DNA of 58,463 nucleotides from a virus (IMGVR_UViG_3300011400_000098:1-58463), one strand, 5' to 3'; counted from the stretch's first letter, positions 16,858-26,810 are shown. The notes: generated by a model from the letters alone, not told the origin. Program-made: numbers and translations.

Positions 16858-18052
16858 AAGCCCTATCGTCATGCAACTGTCTAGCCAATCCGCGCTCCAT
16901 CACCGGCCCTACGTACTCGAACCCGGCCGTCAATCTATCAATCGCAATCGTGGCCCCTAGGGCGTCCCTATCCATCATGCCCCCACCCCTATTGCGCGAT
17001 GCTTCCCTATGATTGTTCCACTTGGCAGAGCGCGTGCAATGTCCTACAACGGCGGGATGTGACGTGGTAATCATGGCGCGATACCCGAGCGCACGCCACA
17101 TCGAAGCCACCAGTTCGTTGAGTGTGTTGCCGATCCCTACACCTTGGTAGTCAGGGAGCGTGACGATTCTTGAACTGCGCTTTAGATTCGGTATGCTACG
17201 ATGAGGCTGTGTGAGCCATCCGTTGAACGCGATAGGTCGATCCTTAATGAATGCTGCGAAGCACACCGCGGCCTCATTCATGGTGGCGCTCAGATAGTGA
17301 TGTCGAGCGAAACTCGGCCAGAGCGAATGATGGACCCGTTTGACGGTGAGGTGTATGTCCGGGCGTCGTTGAAGAAACCTCCAGGACATTAATGACGTTT
17401 GAGTGTCGAACACCCAGTCCGGCTGCAACCAGTCCAACACGTCGTAATGACACGTTGCTGCGATGAGCTGCAAGCCTCTTTTCCTGACCGTCCTGGCGAT
17501 GGCACTCGACCCCACCTGTGCAACTGTACGATCCACGACAGAAGTAAACTCGTCTACTATGTATGGCATGGCGCCTGTGGCAATCGTCTCTGCCAGCCCG
17601 CGCGCAATCGAAACGCGAAACTGCTCGCCCATGCTCAGTACATAGTACGGCCGCATCCACGCAGGAGGCGACGAGAACCCCACACTACACAGCAACTCTA
17701 CGATCTGCGTGACAGGCATCCCCTTCGGGAACATGTCGAGTACACTTTTGTCGTAAGACCACTCGTACCCAGGGTCGCTATACCCAAACACCTGACGTAA
17801 GATCGAGCTCTTACCTGAGCCCGATGGCCCTACGATCAAGCCGATATTCCATTGCCTGTCGGTCAAGTCGATATTATATGGGATTTCGACCGATGAAATC
17901 TCCATCGGCGGTACGTCGAACATACCCGACATTTGTAGCGTACGTGCAGATCTGACGATAGGTGAGCTGAGCTTGATTACGCCGGACTTGTTCAACGGAG
18001 AGCCTTTCTTATCTGAGCTGCCAGTTCGGAGGGGCTGTTTTGGGACATCCAA
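16856..18052 (-). CDS. ABC-type ATPase fused to a GNAT/Mom-like acetyltransferase
   Basis: Walker A GPSGSGKS, signature LSMGEQFR, Walker B IVDEFTS; C-terminal FARHHYL and RIVTLPDYQGVGIG acyl-CoA motif. Confidence 0.85.
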   Translation of the reverse strand: MDVPKQPLRTGSSDKKGSPLNKSGVIKLSSPIVRSARTLQMSGMFDVPPMEISSVEIPYNIDLTDRQWNIGLIVGPSGSGKSSILRQVFGYSDPGYEWSYDKSVLDMFPKGMPVTQIVELLCSVGFSSPPAWMRPYYVLSMGEQFRVSIARGLAETIATGAMPYIVDEFTSVVDRTVAQVGSSAIARTVRKRGLQLIAATCHYDVLDWLQPDWVFDTQTSLMSWRFLQRRPDIHLTVKRVHHSLWPSFARHHYLSATMNEAAVCFAAFIKDRPIAFNGWLTQPHRSIPNLKRSSRIVTLPDYQGVGIGNTLNELVASMWRALGYRAMITTSHPAVVGHCTRSAKWNNHREASRNRGGGMMDRDALGATIAIDRLTAGFEYVGPVMERGLARQLHDDRA

Positions 18053-18615
18053 TTTATATCCTGTGGTTTAGATGGTTCCGGGTAAAGATCGGGCGTTAGT
18101 ATGAAAGCAGGCAGACCTAATTCAGTAAACCCGTCGGCGATGAACCCGGCCTTGATGAAGCACCGCCCCGGGCGGCTGCTGTGCGCCTGGGACGGACGGC
18201 CGTAGCTGCGTTTAGGGCGTACATGTGCCGGGTCGATGAACGTGACCATACAAAACGGTTCGGGCGCACGCCATGTGGGGTTGTCCCCGTGCAAGCAATA
18301 CCATCGTGTTGCAGCGACGGCTGATTTGATTAGATCAGACGCCAAGTGTGGGCAATTCGGCTCTCTACGAAAAGCCGTACATACCCACGCGCTGTTCAAT
18401 CCGTCTGTCCAGCGATGCTTGACATACTCGCCATACGGCCATGATGTGATCCAAAACGCGCCGAGAGTCTTAAGAACCAGCGTGCGTCCGGGTGGAGCAA
18501 ACTGGCGACTGTCAGGATTGTGCCGGTTGTAGTGCCGATTGGCATAGACGCGAGCGTTGTCGTCGGCTTTGTTGGCCATCTGCCAGGGACTGTCACAAGA
18601 CCATTGCACGGACAT
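17992..18615 (-). CDS. Mom-like GNAT-fold protein
   Basis: RHYNR..QFAPPG.LVL, CTAFRRE...ASDLI, VTFID...PGRCFIKAGF resemble Mom-family motifs. Confidence 0.55.
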   Translation of the reverse strand: MSVQWSCDSPWQMANKADDNARVYANRHYNRHNPDSRQFAPPGRTLVLKTLGAFWITSWPYGEYVKHRWTDGLNSAWVCTAFRREPNCPHLASDLIKSAVAATRWYCLHGDNPTWRAPEPFCMVTFIDPAHVRPKRSYGRPSQAHSSRPGRCFIKAGFIADGFTELGLPAFILTPDLYPEPSKPQDINWMSQNSPSELAAQIRKALR

Positions 18616-19294
18616 TATACCCTTCTTCGACCAGACGCTCTAGCAAATCAGCTTGTGTGGTTTCGTCAGGACAGTCCACCAGGATAGCGTATCGCGTGAC
18701 TTTCTCCTGCTGCGATTGGGTACCGTTGGCCTGTGACGCTGCTTTAGCTTCGCCCTGATCTTGCGCCATTTGCTCGCGCATTTGGGTATTTCCAGTATAG
18801 AAGGCCCTGGCAGCGTAGTTGGCTGTGTATTGCCGGCCATCTGCACCCGTAGTTGTAAGGGCTTTAAGCTCGGCTTTCTCGGCGTCGGATAGGTCGTCGA
18901 TATCGCGTGACACAGTGGCGATACTTATTGATAAGAGAGAAGCGATCTTGCTCATCGTGTAGCTGTAGGGCGGCTTGCGTAGCGTCACTATTAGCTGCTG
19001 TCGCTGCTCTGCGTTCAAGTGGCGACGCTTGAGATTAAGCGACAACACGTAGGCGACTTTTTCTTCCTCGCTGCTGAACCTACGAGTGATCTTGTCGAAC
19101 ATAGGCAGATCGACGCCTTCTTCGATTAGTTCTGAAAACACCTCGAACCTGTGGTGGCCGTCGATGATTGCGCCGTTTTCGTCGAATTCGAGTGGTACGA
19201 TGATACCTTTCTCTCGAATGTCCTGCTTGAGTTGAGCGCGTTCTTCTGCTGTCATGGCAGGCATGAGCTGATATCTGTAATCAGTCGATGTCAT
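18593..19294 (-). CDS. ParB-like N-terminal domain protein with HTH
   Basis: LKQDIREKGIIVP...IIDGHHR, LNLKRRHL; HTH MSKIASLLSISIATVSRDI. Confidence 0.85.
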   Translation of the reverse strand: MTSTDYRYQLMPAMTAEERAQLKQDIREKGIIVPLEFDENGAIIDGHHRFEVFSELIEEGVDLPMFDKITRRFSSEEEKVAYVLSLNLKRRHLNAEQRQQLIVTLRKPPYSYTMSKIASLLSISIATVSRDIDDLSDAEKAELKALTTTGADGRQYTANYAARAFYTGNTQMREQMAQDQGEAKAASQANGTQSQQEKVTRYAILVDCPDETTQADLLERLVEEGYNVRAMVL

Positions 19295-19680
19295 AGCAGT
19301 CCTTTTTCTAGGCGATGTTCGAGTAGCAACAAGTGAGCTAGTGCGTCTGTCTCATGCTTAGTCGCTCCACTTTGACCTGACAACAACCTCTGTGCTTCGA
19401 GGATGAACGAACGTCGAGCTTGCGGTTGTTGCCCGTGAAACGGAATGTCCAACACATAGCAGATACCGTGGATGCTGCCGACTAGCTCGATGGTGTGCAA
19501 CATGTTGCGATCTACTTGGCCGCCAGTAGCAAACGTTTCAAACCCTACACGATCAGGCTTGAAGTTCTTAATCAAGTCCCACAGCTCTTTAGGGTCTGTG
19601 ATCGTACACGTATGGTAGTTGTCGTCGATCTTGAACGCTACCCCCGTACTACCGCCAGGGTCTACTGCCATGAGAATCAT
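19291..19680 (-). CDS. RuvC-like Holliday junction resolvase
   Basis: MAVDPGGSTGVA, central E (GFETF), C-terminal HETDALAH. Confidence 0.75.
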   Translation of the reverse strand: MILMAVDPGGSTGVAFKIDDNYHTCTITDPKELWDLIKNFKPDRVGFETFATGGQVDRNMLHTIELVGSIHGICYVLDIPFHGQQPQARRSFILEAQRLLSGQSGATKHETDALAHLLLLEHRLEKGLL

Positions 19681-20066
19681 GCGTACCTACATCTAGGCCA
19701 ATGACTTGCGTAGCCGTTAGCAAACCCCCACGCAGCAACTTGTGCAGCAGCTTCGGGGTTGTAGGGCGACCAACCTTGATACCCTGCTTGCGCAGACATC
19801 CAATACCAGGTACGCCATGCAAATTGAAATAAGCCATGGTACAGACCATTCTTACTAACAATTTGTGGATTAAGGCGGCTCTCACACTTGGCTACTCGTA
19901 CGAGATAGTCGCCATTGAGATTGTATATAAACGCCGCACGGTAGATGTGGTCTGTGACTGATTCGGCGCGCACAGCGGATGGCTGAGCCGTAAGGGCGAG
20001 TAGAACCGCCAGGCCGATCAACACACTAGTCGCGCGTCTTGGCGAGCTACGCACGTCCTGCCCCAA
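19677..20066 (-). CDS. Secreted lytic transglycosylase (SLT/Rpf-like)
   Basis: Signal peptide ending AVRA; VAKCES, GLFQF..TW, HWP.C motifs. Confidence 0.75.
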   Translation of the reverse strand: MGQDVRSSPRRATSVLIGLAVLLALTAQPSAVRAESVTDHIYRAAFIYNLNGDYLVRVAKCESRLNPQIVSKNGLYHGLFQFAWRTWYWMSAQAGYQGWSPYNPEAAAQVAAWGFANGYASHWPRCRYA

Positions 20067-20295
20067 CGGCTGCGACGAAGTTATCCAGCTCTGCCTTGAG
20101 GTTATCCATCATGGCTAGATCGGTTTCTTGTACTTCATCACCTGCCGACATGTTCTCCAAGATGATCGTCATAAGAGCTGACGCGCCCGCGTAGAAGGCG
20201 CGTCGCGTCTCTTGGCGTTGTATCGCGTCGGCACGTATCGGGTCAAGCACTCTAGACGAGTACGTGCGCCAACGTTTCCCTACGTGATCTGTCAC
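20047..20295 (-). CDS. Hypothetical protein
   Basis: ETRRAFYAGA motif; overlaps both neighbours. Confidence 0.6.
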   Translation of the reverse strand: MTDHVGKRWRTYSSRVLDPIRADAIQRQETRRAFYAGASALMTIILENMSAGDEVQETDLAMMDNLKAELDNFVAAVGAGRA

Positions 20296-22697
20296 TTCAC
20301 AGCCCCCAAGTTGTCACCAACTTTCATTTCGATCCCGATAGATGGGCCGCCGAAGCGTGGTTTCTCCATGATTTCTTTTATCAAAGAGCAGACCTCAGCT
20401 CGCCGGTTACGCGGGCTCTCGACAACGAGCGCATCGTGGATCATGAGCAGGATATGAGCATCCAGTCGCTTGAGGCGTGGCGCTAGCTCGATCATGGCGT
20501 CCAAGCAGTAGTCAGAGGCGTTGGCTTGGATTGGGAAGTTGGCTGCTTGACGTAGCGCCTTGTGATCCATGACGACTGGGAAGCGCATCACTCGGCCCGA
20601 CGGTACACGGATATATCCCTGATCCGCAATCGTCCGCTGGATGTCAAAGACCCACTTCCGATGGACGGGATACGTGCGCCAGAAGTTATCAATAAACTTG
20701 CGAGCTTCAGGAACAGTACACCCAAGCCCCACAGGAGCAGGACTAGAGAGCTTCTCAGCACCTTCTCCGTACTGTAGCCCGAACCTGATCTTCTTAGCAC
20801 GCTGGCGGTACTCGCTCCATTCGAGCTTGGAGAAATCTTGCCTGCGAACATTGAACGCTCTCTCGGCGGTTGCACTATGCACGTCTCCTGAGAGTAGGTG
20901 CTGGTGCAGCGTAGGATCACCTGAAGCTGCCCACGCGAGCCACACTTCGATCTGATTGTAGTCAGCTTCGATGATCTCATGCGTGTCGCGGTTGTGAGGG
21001 ACGATGATTTCACGCAGCTTGGCGTAGTCGGCCCCTACGGTATAGTCCTTCGGGATCGTCTGCATGGCCGGGTCTCTGTATGATGTACGTCCGGTGCGTG
21101 TCGTGGTGACGAATGCACTGGGATGCAGGAGCCCATCATATTTCATGTGGTTGTACACGGCCAATACGTAGTCTATCATGGTGTCGAGCGTACGATAGGC
21201 CCTCACCTTGGCTGCGAATGGGTGGTCGAGACGATCCAGGGTTTCTTTGTCGAGAGACGGGGCGCCCGTCCTAGGGCTATACTTGATTGGATCGGCACCG
21301 ATGATGGTGAAGAACAGCTTTCTCATTTGTGGGGATGAGCTGAGCTTCAAATCATCTGTGGGCCAACCAATCTCCATCGCTTCGAGTTGCAAGTCACGGT
21401 ACAAATCGACGTATCGTGGGAACCAACTGTCGTATGCCAATTCCTGTAGCTTAGATTGATCGACTGCGATACCTCGTGCCTGCATGGCGATAAATGTGTT
21501 CATTGCAGGCAAAAGCAAGTTCTGATAGAGGGCGCGCGTGCCGTCCTCATCCATGCGACGTCCGTGGATATCTACGAGGCGTCGTGTGTACGCTGCGTCC
21601 TTGGCGTTGTACTGGTGTAGGGCGTCGGGTGGAAGCTGATTCATCTTGCCCTTGTAGAAGGGTTTTACACGTTCTTCGTACCACCCTGCGCCGAGCCACT
21701 CACGCGCGTTCTGCTTGAGGCCATGATAGCCTGGGCGTTCGTCCGCACAGGCCGACATCAACATGGTGTCGTCCCTGAGTGGCAATAACACATCGAAGTA
21801 GACATGGAGTCCGTGGATATCGTACTGACCGGCCTGGAACGTCCACCTAACGTTCATCGGCCAATTCAGCACGGTGCGCGGCAGCGAGCAATGCGGGCAG
21901 CGCCCCTCCAGCCTGTGCGCCCGGACGTGAGTTCCACTACGCACGCAGTCGGGGAACAAGGTTTGTGGGAATACGAATGTTCTTTCGAGATTGGCGTTGT
22001 CGAGATAGCTGATTCCAAAGCACAGGAGCTGATCCGTGTAGGCGTCGATGATTTCCACGTCAGGTGACGACGTTTCGATATCGAGCGCAATTGGACGGTC
22101 TTTGGGGAGGCCGCTGAGGATTTGCTGTGCGTGGTCGAGTGAGCGTACGGTGTGATACGTAACGTCTGCGATGGCACCGTCGGCAGGCCATTCGATGACA
22201 GCAGGAATCTTGGACAAATCACGGATGATGTCCTGCACAGCCGTCATGGATTGGGCTTGCAACGCGAAGCTCGGATGGTGAGTGTCCAAGACATACGCAT
22301 TCCAGCGGTCGCTCCATGTGACGGAGCCACGCGAGCCTTTACGTCGCTTGAACCCGTTGACAGTCTCATTGGCAATCGCGCCACACGTCACGATGAGCTT
22401 GGGCTTGGCGTCTGTGAGTTCTCTCTGGAAGCGCGGAGAGCACGCATCAATCTCGACCTGGGTGGGTGCATTGTTCCACCAACAGATCGCATTAGTGGCG
22501 TAGACTTTGCTACGCGACCACTGAGCGAATTTCAATAGATCATCTAGCATACGCCCGGACGGACCTGTGAACGGACGCTTGGTGCGCTCTGCTTCGTCAC
22601 GGCCAGGGCCGATGCCGACTACGACGACACCATAACTAGGGTCACCGTAGCCTCGTATCCCGTGGTCGTGACAGATTGGGCCTTGTTTGTCGGACAA
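20292..22697 (-). CDS. polA: Family A DNA polymerase with N-terminal uracil-DNA-glycosylase-like domain and 3'-5' exonuclease
   Basis: UDG-like GIGPG..E...RPFTGPSG, HPS; Exo ALDIET, YNAKDA; Pol TRTGRTS..DP.MQTIP, ADYNQIE, RQRAKKIRFGLQYG, IHDAL. Confidence 0.95.
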   Translation of the reverse strand: MSDKQGPICHDHGIRGYGDPSYGVVVVGIGPGRDEAERTKRPFTGPSGRMLDDLLKFAQWSRSKVYATNAICWWNNAPTQVEIDACSPRFQRELTDAKPKLIVTCGAIANETVNGFKRRKGSRGSVTWSDRWNAYVLDTHHPSFALQAQSMTAVQDIIRDLSKIPAVIEWPADGAIADVTYHTVRSLDHAQQILSGLPKDRPIALDIETSSPDVEIIDAYTDQLLCFGISYLDNANLERTFVFPQTLFPDCVRSGTHVRAHRLEGRCPHCSLPRTVLNWPMNVRWTFQAGQYDIHGLHVYFDVLLPLRDDTMLMSACADERPGYHGLKQNAREWLGAGWYEERVKPFYKGKMNQLPPDALHQYNAKDAAYTRRLVDIHGRRMDEDGTRALYQNLLLPAMNTFIAMQARGIAVDQSKLQELAYDSWFPRYVDLYRDLQLEAMEIGWPTDDLKLSSSPQMRKLFFTIIGADPIKYSPRTGAPSLDKETLDRLDHPFAAKVRAYRTLDTMIDYVLAVYNHMKYDGLLHPSAFVTTTRTGRTSYRDPAMQTIPKDYTVGADYAKLREIIVPHNRDTHEIIEADYNQIEVWLAWAASGDPTLHQHLLSGDVHSATAERAFNVRRQDFSKLEWSEYRQRAKKIRFGLQYGEGAEKLSSPAPVGLGCTVPEARKFIDNFWRTYPVHRKWVFDIQRTIADQGYIRVPSGRVMRFPVVMDHKALRQAANFPIQANASDYCLDAMIELAPRLKRLDAHILLMIHDALVVESPRNRRAEVCSLIKEIMEKPRFGGPSIGIEMKVGDNLGAVK

Positions 22698-22698
22698 T

Positions 22699-23001
22699 TC
22701 AGTTCCTCTCTGCGATGTTCTTGAGCCGGTCGCGTATTAGGTCAGTGAAGAATTCTTCGACGAGCGAATCAGCCAGTTCGTCGGCGTAGTTGGCGAGTAG
22801 GATTTGAAACTCAGTCTCAGTGATGTCTCCTTCCTTGAGTTGACACCTCGGACACTTGCGTGTGTTGAAGAATTCAACGTCGCGGTCTAGGCGTTCTTTG
22901 TTGTGCGAGACGAGTGTGCCTCTCGCTCCGCATGTGTACTCGACGAGACGTTCATACTTAGTCCGTTGGTGGCTCACGGGGCGTCTCCCTATCCAGGGCA
23001 T
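22699..23001 (-). CDS. Hypothetical protein
   Basis: In operon; YTCG..CPRC. Confidence 0.55.
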   Translation of the reverse strand: MPWIGRRPVSHQRTKYERLVEYTCGARGTLVSHNKERLDRDVEFFNTRKCPRCQLKEGDITETEFQILLANYADELADSLVEEFFTDLIRDRLKNIAERN

Positions 23002-23239
23002 TCTGCAGCGTCACGATCAACTCAGCAATCAGGTGCTGTTGTGTGAGATAGTGTTGCCGCGTCTCTGGCGTCATGTTAGTGTCGCGTGCGTTGGTCATGA
23101 CGACACGTAGGTTGTCCGTGATGCGCTTGATGATGTACTTGACCTGGCTGACCTTCAGATCGACGCTTACGGTGGCGAGTAGGTGGGGATGGGCTACCAC
23201 TTCGGTAGGTGTGGGGGATTGTACAATAGGTGTAGACAT
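22958..23239 (-). CDS. Hypothetical protein
   Basis: RBS GGAAGGA before ATG 23239. Confidence 0.55.
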   Translation of the reverse strand: MSTPIVQSPTPTEVVAHPHLLATVSVDLKVSQVKYIIKRITDNLRVVMTNARDTNMTPETRQHYLTQQHLIAELIVTLQNALDRETPREPPTD

Positions 23240-23366
23240 CTGTTCCTTCCTATGAATAGTGTACACTCAGGACAAATCAAGCGGCCGCACACCGGGCATA
23301 GATACGGGTCGTATGAGTGGCACAACACGCACGTTGGGAATGCGATGCGAGCTATTTGGGCGCGAG

Positions 23367-23567
23367 TTAGCCGGACGCTAGCTTTATCAAAATCTCCTGC
23401 GGAACTTCCCCCCGTGAGATTAGCTCCTTGAGAATTAGCTTGCGTAGCCACGGTGACAGAGATTCCTTGTCCTTGTCTGCTACCCTCTGTACGATACCGT
23501 ACAAGTCCGGTTCAAGGTAGACTTTCGCGTGGAAGATTTTGTCATTGGTAGCAGAACTAACTGCCAT
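23367..23567 (-). CDS. Ribbon-helix-helix-like DNA-binding protein
   Basis: HAKVYLEPDLYGIVQRVADKDKESLSPWLRKLI pattern; RBS AAGGAG. Confidence 0.65.
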   Translation of the reverse strand: MAVSSATNDKIFHAKVYLEPDLYGIVQRVADKDKESLSPWLRKLILKELISRGEVPQEILIKLASG

Positions 23568-25971
23568 TTTGCCTCTCCTTCAAGTGGATACGCCACACTC
23601 GCGCACCTGCATCATTTAGTGTTTGCGTTATGTTGACAACCTTCTTGAGCGCGGGTTGTAGCGCATTGAGTTTCTTGGAGAGCAACACGCTGTTCCTGTA
23701 AATACCCTGGAACGATCTGGTGTCGTCTGCACAACCCTCAAGCATAGACCACATTTGACCTGCTGTGTAGTGGCGCGTCGGGTCTTTGGCTTGTGCAGCG
23801 AACTTCATGATTGCTGCTACCAGCAACCCATCTTCTTCGAGACTGAAAGATTGTTGCGCGGACTTCACATCTTCGATAGCAGCTTTGAAGTCGATGTCGC
23901 AGCCAAGTGCTTTGGCGATCCACAATCCATAGCGTGCGAAATCCTCAATTCGGAACTGAGGTACGCCCTCTTGCGGAATGGGGGTTTGCAAGACTTTTTG
24001 TGCGTCTCTGATGATCGCGCCCCAAATTGCGTTACGCTTGGCGTAGATATCAGATAAGATCAATTCCTCAGAGAAGAACGTCTCGAACCGCTTGAACGTG
24101 AACAGCAAGAACCTGTCGGCCACATCCTCACGCCCAAACTTCGGATTGTGCGCCGTTACGCCTACGATGGCTTGACGCCGTAGCGTAATCACGTCGAGGT
24201 CTGTGTAAAGCTTTCGCTTGACAACATCCGAGGTCGATGCAGAGAGGGCGATACGATCCGGGAGCCACTTCTCCCAGGTATCTACGTTGTCGAGGACAAC
24301 TAGCGGGTCACTGGCGGTCGCGTGGTCGAAGTCATCCATCGTGGTCACAGCGCCGATGCTACGATGGCGGCCGTACAAGAGCGTATAGACTTTCTTGAAC
24401 AACGTGGTCTTGCCTGAACCTGGTTGGCCAAAGCTCGCTATGATCGGACGTGTGTTGGCTGCGTTACGGAATAATAAGAAGATCAACCACACCTTCATGA
24501 GCGCCATCGCTTGTGGCGGCGTCATGTTGGTGATATTGTCTGTGCTAGTTCCAAATCCTCTAGAGCCCGTGCCGAACAGCTCTTTGCCCCAGTCGATCTG
24601 GTTGGATTGGCTCAGGATTGGAGTGAACGCTTCGACAGATTGTATCCAGGGGAATACGATGTTGTACGCCCCATCGACGATTTGTTCGATTGATGAAGCG
24701 GTTACTTTCAGTACTACCCTACGCCCTGTGTGGATCAACAGATGGCGCTGCGTGGTGTCGTAGTATGCGAGGGCTGATTGTAGTGCGTTGTCAGGTAGGT
24801 TGTGGACGTGCGCCTTGAGGCCGTGGATGACGAACCTCGCCTCTGGCTCCGTCGCATTCAAGCCGAATTGCACATCGAGTAGCGCCTGCAACGCTTCGGA
24901 GCCTGCAGTGATCGAGATGGGGCGGCCTATGTCCTTGCGAATGTACCACCCCAAGCCACCCTGCGTGTGCAGGAACACGCCTTGCTTCTTCAACTCCTCG
25001 ATGACAATAGTGTAGATAGAGCGTTTCTTATCGAGGACGGGTGCGCTGGACTTGAGTACGTTGTACACAAGCGAGCGAGCATCTTGTTGGTCGGAGCGTA
25101 CAGCGTGTTCCGCGCGCAATACGTCCTTCGCCAGGTCTTGATCGGCTCTGTACCTGAGGTCTGCGAATTTGTTGTTTGCGGACGCACGCGCGAGGACGAA
25201 AACTTCTTGTCGATTGAGGCCTGCACGGAAGCCCCACAACATGAGCGCCCACAACGCTTCACTTCTATCGTCCTGTCGCGTCGTGTACTGCACATAAATC
25301 CTGACAGGCACATCGTTCTTGATGCGCTCCAGGATTTCCAGCGGGTGCTCTTTGGTGTCAGTGCTGGTGGCGTCCTCGATAAACGACGGATCAAAGTGTT
25401 CGACCGTGTAGTTGGGGACTTCCGGCAGCGCCTCGAATTCCTCAGGGTTGTACTTGGCTGCTGGATTGTCTGTAATGATCTTGACAAGCTTAGGACCGTC
25501 TAGATATTTGTGGTTGAATGTGTAAGGGACACGTACCTTACGCCCGAGCGGCCACCCTGAGCGATCACACTTGGGGATAGAGTAAGTGAGCTTCTTGGAC
25601 AGTTCCTCGTGCTGTTCTGACGACAGCTCTTGATCGAGTACCCAATACCCTTGATGACGACCAGGCGAAGTCTCGACCAGGACCGTCGGCGCTTTCGGAA
25701 GATTGCTTACGTCAGCGTCATCGAGGTCTGCCTGGATTGTGCGTGTTGGTAAAACGTTCTCTTTCTTGCTTTGTGGTGCTTTGAAAAGATACGTTGAGAA
25801 GTATACGTTAGCAGCGTCCTTAGCGCGGTCGGCTCGTTCTATGATCTTGTCGATTTCTTCCGGGTATCTGTGCCATTCTTCGAGCCAACCTGTACCATTG
25901 CTGACGGCCAAGCAGAAATAACCCGCCGTTGGGCAAGTTACGACCGTGTTTAAGAAATCACGAGTTAGCAT
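23557..25971 (-). CDS. Primase-helicase (RepB-like primase plus P-loop ATPase)
   Basis: NVYFS, QADLDD, ETSPGRHQGYW, RVPYTFNHKY; C-terminal GQPGSGKT and LDNVD. Confidence 0.9.
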   Translation of the reverse strand: MLTRDFLNTVVTCPTAGYFCLAVSNGTGWLEEWHRYPEEIDKIIERADRAKDAANVYFSTYLFKAPQSKKENVLPTRTIQADLDDADVSNLPKAPTVLVETSPGRHQGYWVLDQELSSEQHEELSKKLTYSIPKCDRSGWPLGRKVRVPYTFNHKYLDGPKLVKIITDNPAAKYNPEEFEALPEVPNYTVEHFDPSFIEDATSTDTKEHPLEILERIKNDVPVRIYVQYTTRQDDRSEALWALMLWGFRAGLNRQEVFVLARASANNKFADLRYRADQDLAKDVLRAEHAVRSDQQDARSLVYNVLKSSAPVLDKKRSIYTIVIEELKKQGVFLHTQGGLGWYIRKDIGRPISITAGSEALQALLDVQFGLNATEPEARFVIHGLKAHVHNLPDNALQSALAYYDTTQRHLLIHTGRRVVLKVTASSIEQIVDGAYNIVFPWIQSVEAFTPILSQSNQIDWGKELFGTGSRGFGTSTDNITNMTPPQAMALMKVWLIFLLFRNAANTRPIIASFGQPGSGKTTLFKKVYTLLYGRHRSIGAVTTMDDFDHATASDPLVVLDNVDTWEKWLPDRIALSASTSDVVKRKLYTDLDVITLRRQAIVGVTAHNPKFGREDVADRFLLFTFKRFETFFSEELILSDIYAKRNAIWGAIIRDAQKVLQTPIPQEGVPQFRIEDFARYGLWIAKALGCDIDFKAAIEDVKSAQQSFSLEEDGLLVAAIMKFAAQAKDPTRHYTAGQMWSMLEGCADDTRSFQGIYRNSVLLSKKLNALQPALKKVVNITQTLNDAGARVWRIHLKERQNGS

Positions 25972-26015
25972 CGTTGGTGGGTTCCCTCACACCACCACAC
26001 CCCATATCGCAGAAC

Positions 26016-26037
26016 GACCTTTACAATGGTAAAAGTC
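26016..26037. repeat. 22-bp palindrome copy 3 (GACCTTTAC-AATG-GTAAAAGTC)
   Basis: Intergenic, upstream of the primase-helicase. Confidence 0.85.
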
Positions 26038-26047
26038 ACGCGAGCGA

Positions 26048-26287
26048 TCACGCAGCGTATACGGATTGTGTGTTAGCGTTAAGTGAGGCTCTTAGCTCTA
26101 TTATGACAAGCCGCAACGGTGCCCAGGAAGGCACATGGCAGTAACAATCCTGGGCACCGTCCTCCACCACGTAGCACACGCGACATGCGCGGGGCATGAC
26201 GGGCTCACCTGCACTCTGGTATAGAAGATTCTCCAGTATGTGCAGGCGCATTCGCTGATGGTAATCATCGCGTGTGCAGTGGCTCAT
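26048..26287 (-). CDS. Hypothetical protein
   Basis: 79-aa Cys-containing ORF filling the gap. Confidence 0.45.
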   Translation of the reverse strand: MSHCTRDDYHQRMRLHILENLLYQSAGEPVMPRACRVCYVVEDGAQDCYCHVPSWAPLRLVIIELRASLNANTQSVYAA

Positions 26288-26299
26288 GGATGTGTGTAG

Positions 26300-26725
26300 C
26301 TAGACGCGCTTGACGACCTTCGTGATGTTGTTGGTCATGCGGGGCTCACCGCCTTCAGGAGTGTAGGCGCGCTGCTCCAGCGTGACCGTCACGGGCGTCG
26401 GGATCGGCCCGAACAGATCGTTGAGGATGCCTTCGATGTCCACGTCGTTGCTCTCGAAGGTAGACGGGTCAGCACCCATCGAGATCAAGTCACGCTTGAT
26501 CCGCCACAGAGCCGTCGGCTTGAGGTTCCAGCGGGCCACGACGGTACGAGTGCGGTCGTTGCCCTGCTCGTCCTGGTGGTTCAGGACGAACTTCGCCTCG
26601 ATATTGGTACTGTCGTTGTTGTTGGTCGGCTTGGCTTCCCAACTACCCGTCTGTCCCTCGTACTCGCCTGCTGGAAGCGGCTCGTAAGCCGGGGCGCTGC
26701 TGAAATCTATACGACCTAGAGGCAC
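26300..26725 (-). CDS. Single-stranded DNA-binding protein (DUF669-like)
   Basis: IDFSSAPAYEPLPAGEY start; GTG at 26725 with RBS GAAAGGA; downstream of the Sak4-like ATPase. Confidence 0.75.
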   Translation of the reverse strand: MPLGRIDFSSAPAYEPLPAGEYEGQTGSWEAKPTNNNDSTNIEAKFVLNHQDEQGNDRTRTVVARWNLKPTALWRIKRDLISMGADPSTFESNDVDIEGILNDLFGPIPTPVTVTLEQRAYTPEGGEPRMTNNITKVVKRV

Positions 26726-26810
26726 TGTGCTTGTCCTTTCGTGTTGGTGGTTGATTTCGTCTCGTGCTGCATTTTGTGTCTTGCCTTGTGACATAGCCTC
26801 CCACACCCAT

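Noticed and set aside
16856-18052. ABC transporter
   Set aside because: No membrane subunit nearby; the ATPase is fused to a GNAT.
23194-23451. Cys-rich ORF (CVLC..CPVC..CPEC)
   Set aside because: Zn-finger-like, but it overlaps both neighbours and has no convincing start; left unannotated.
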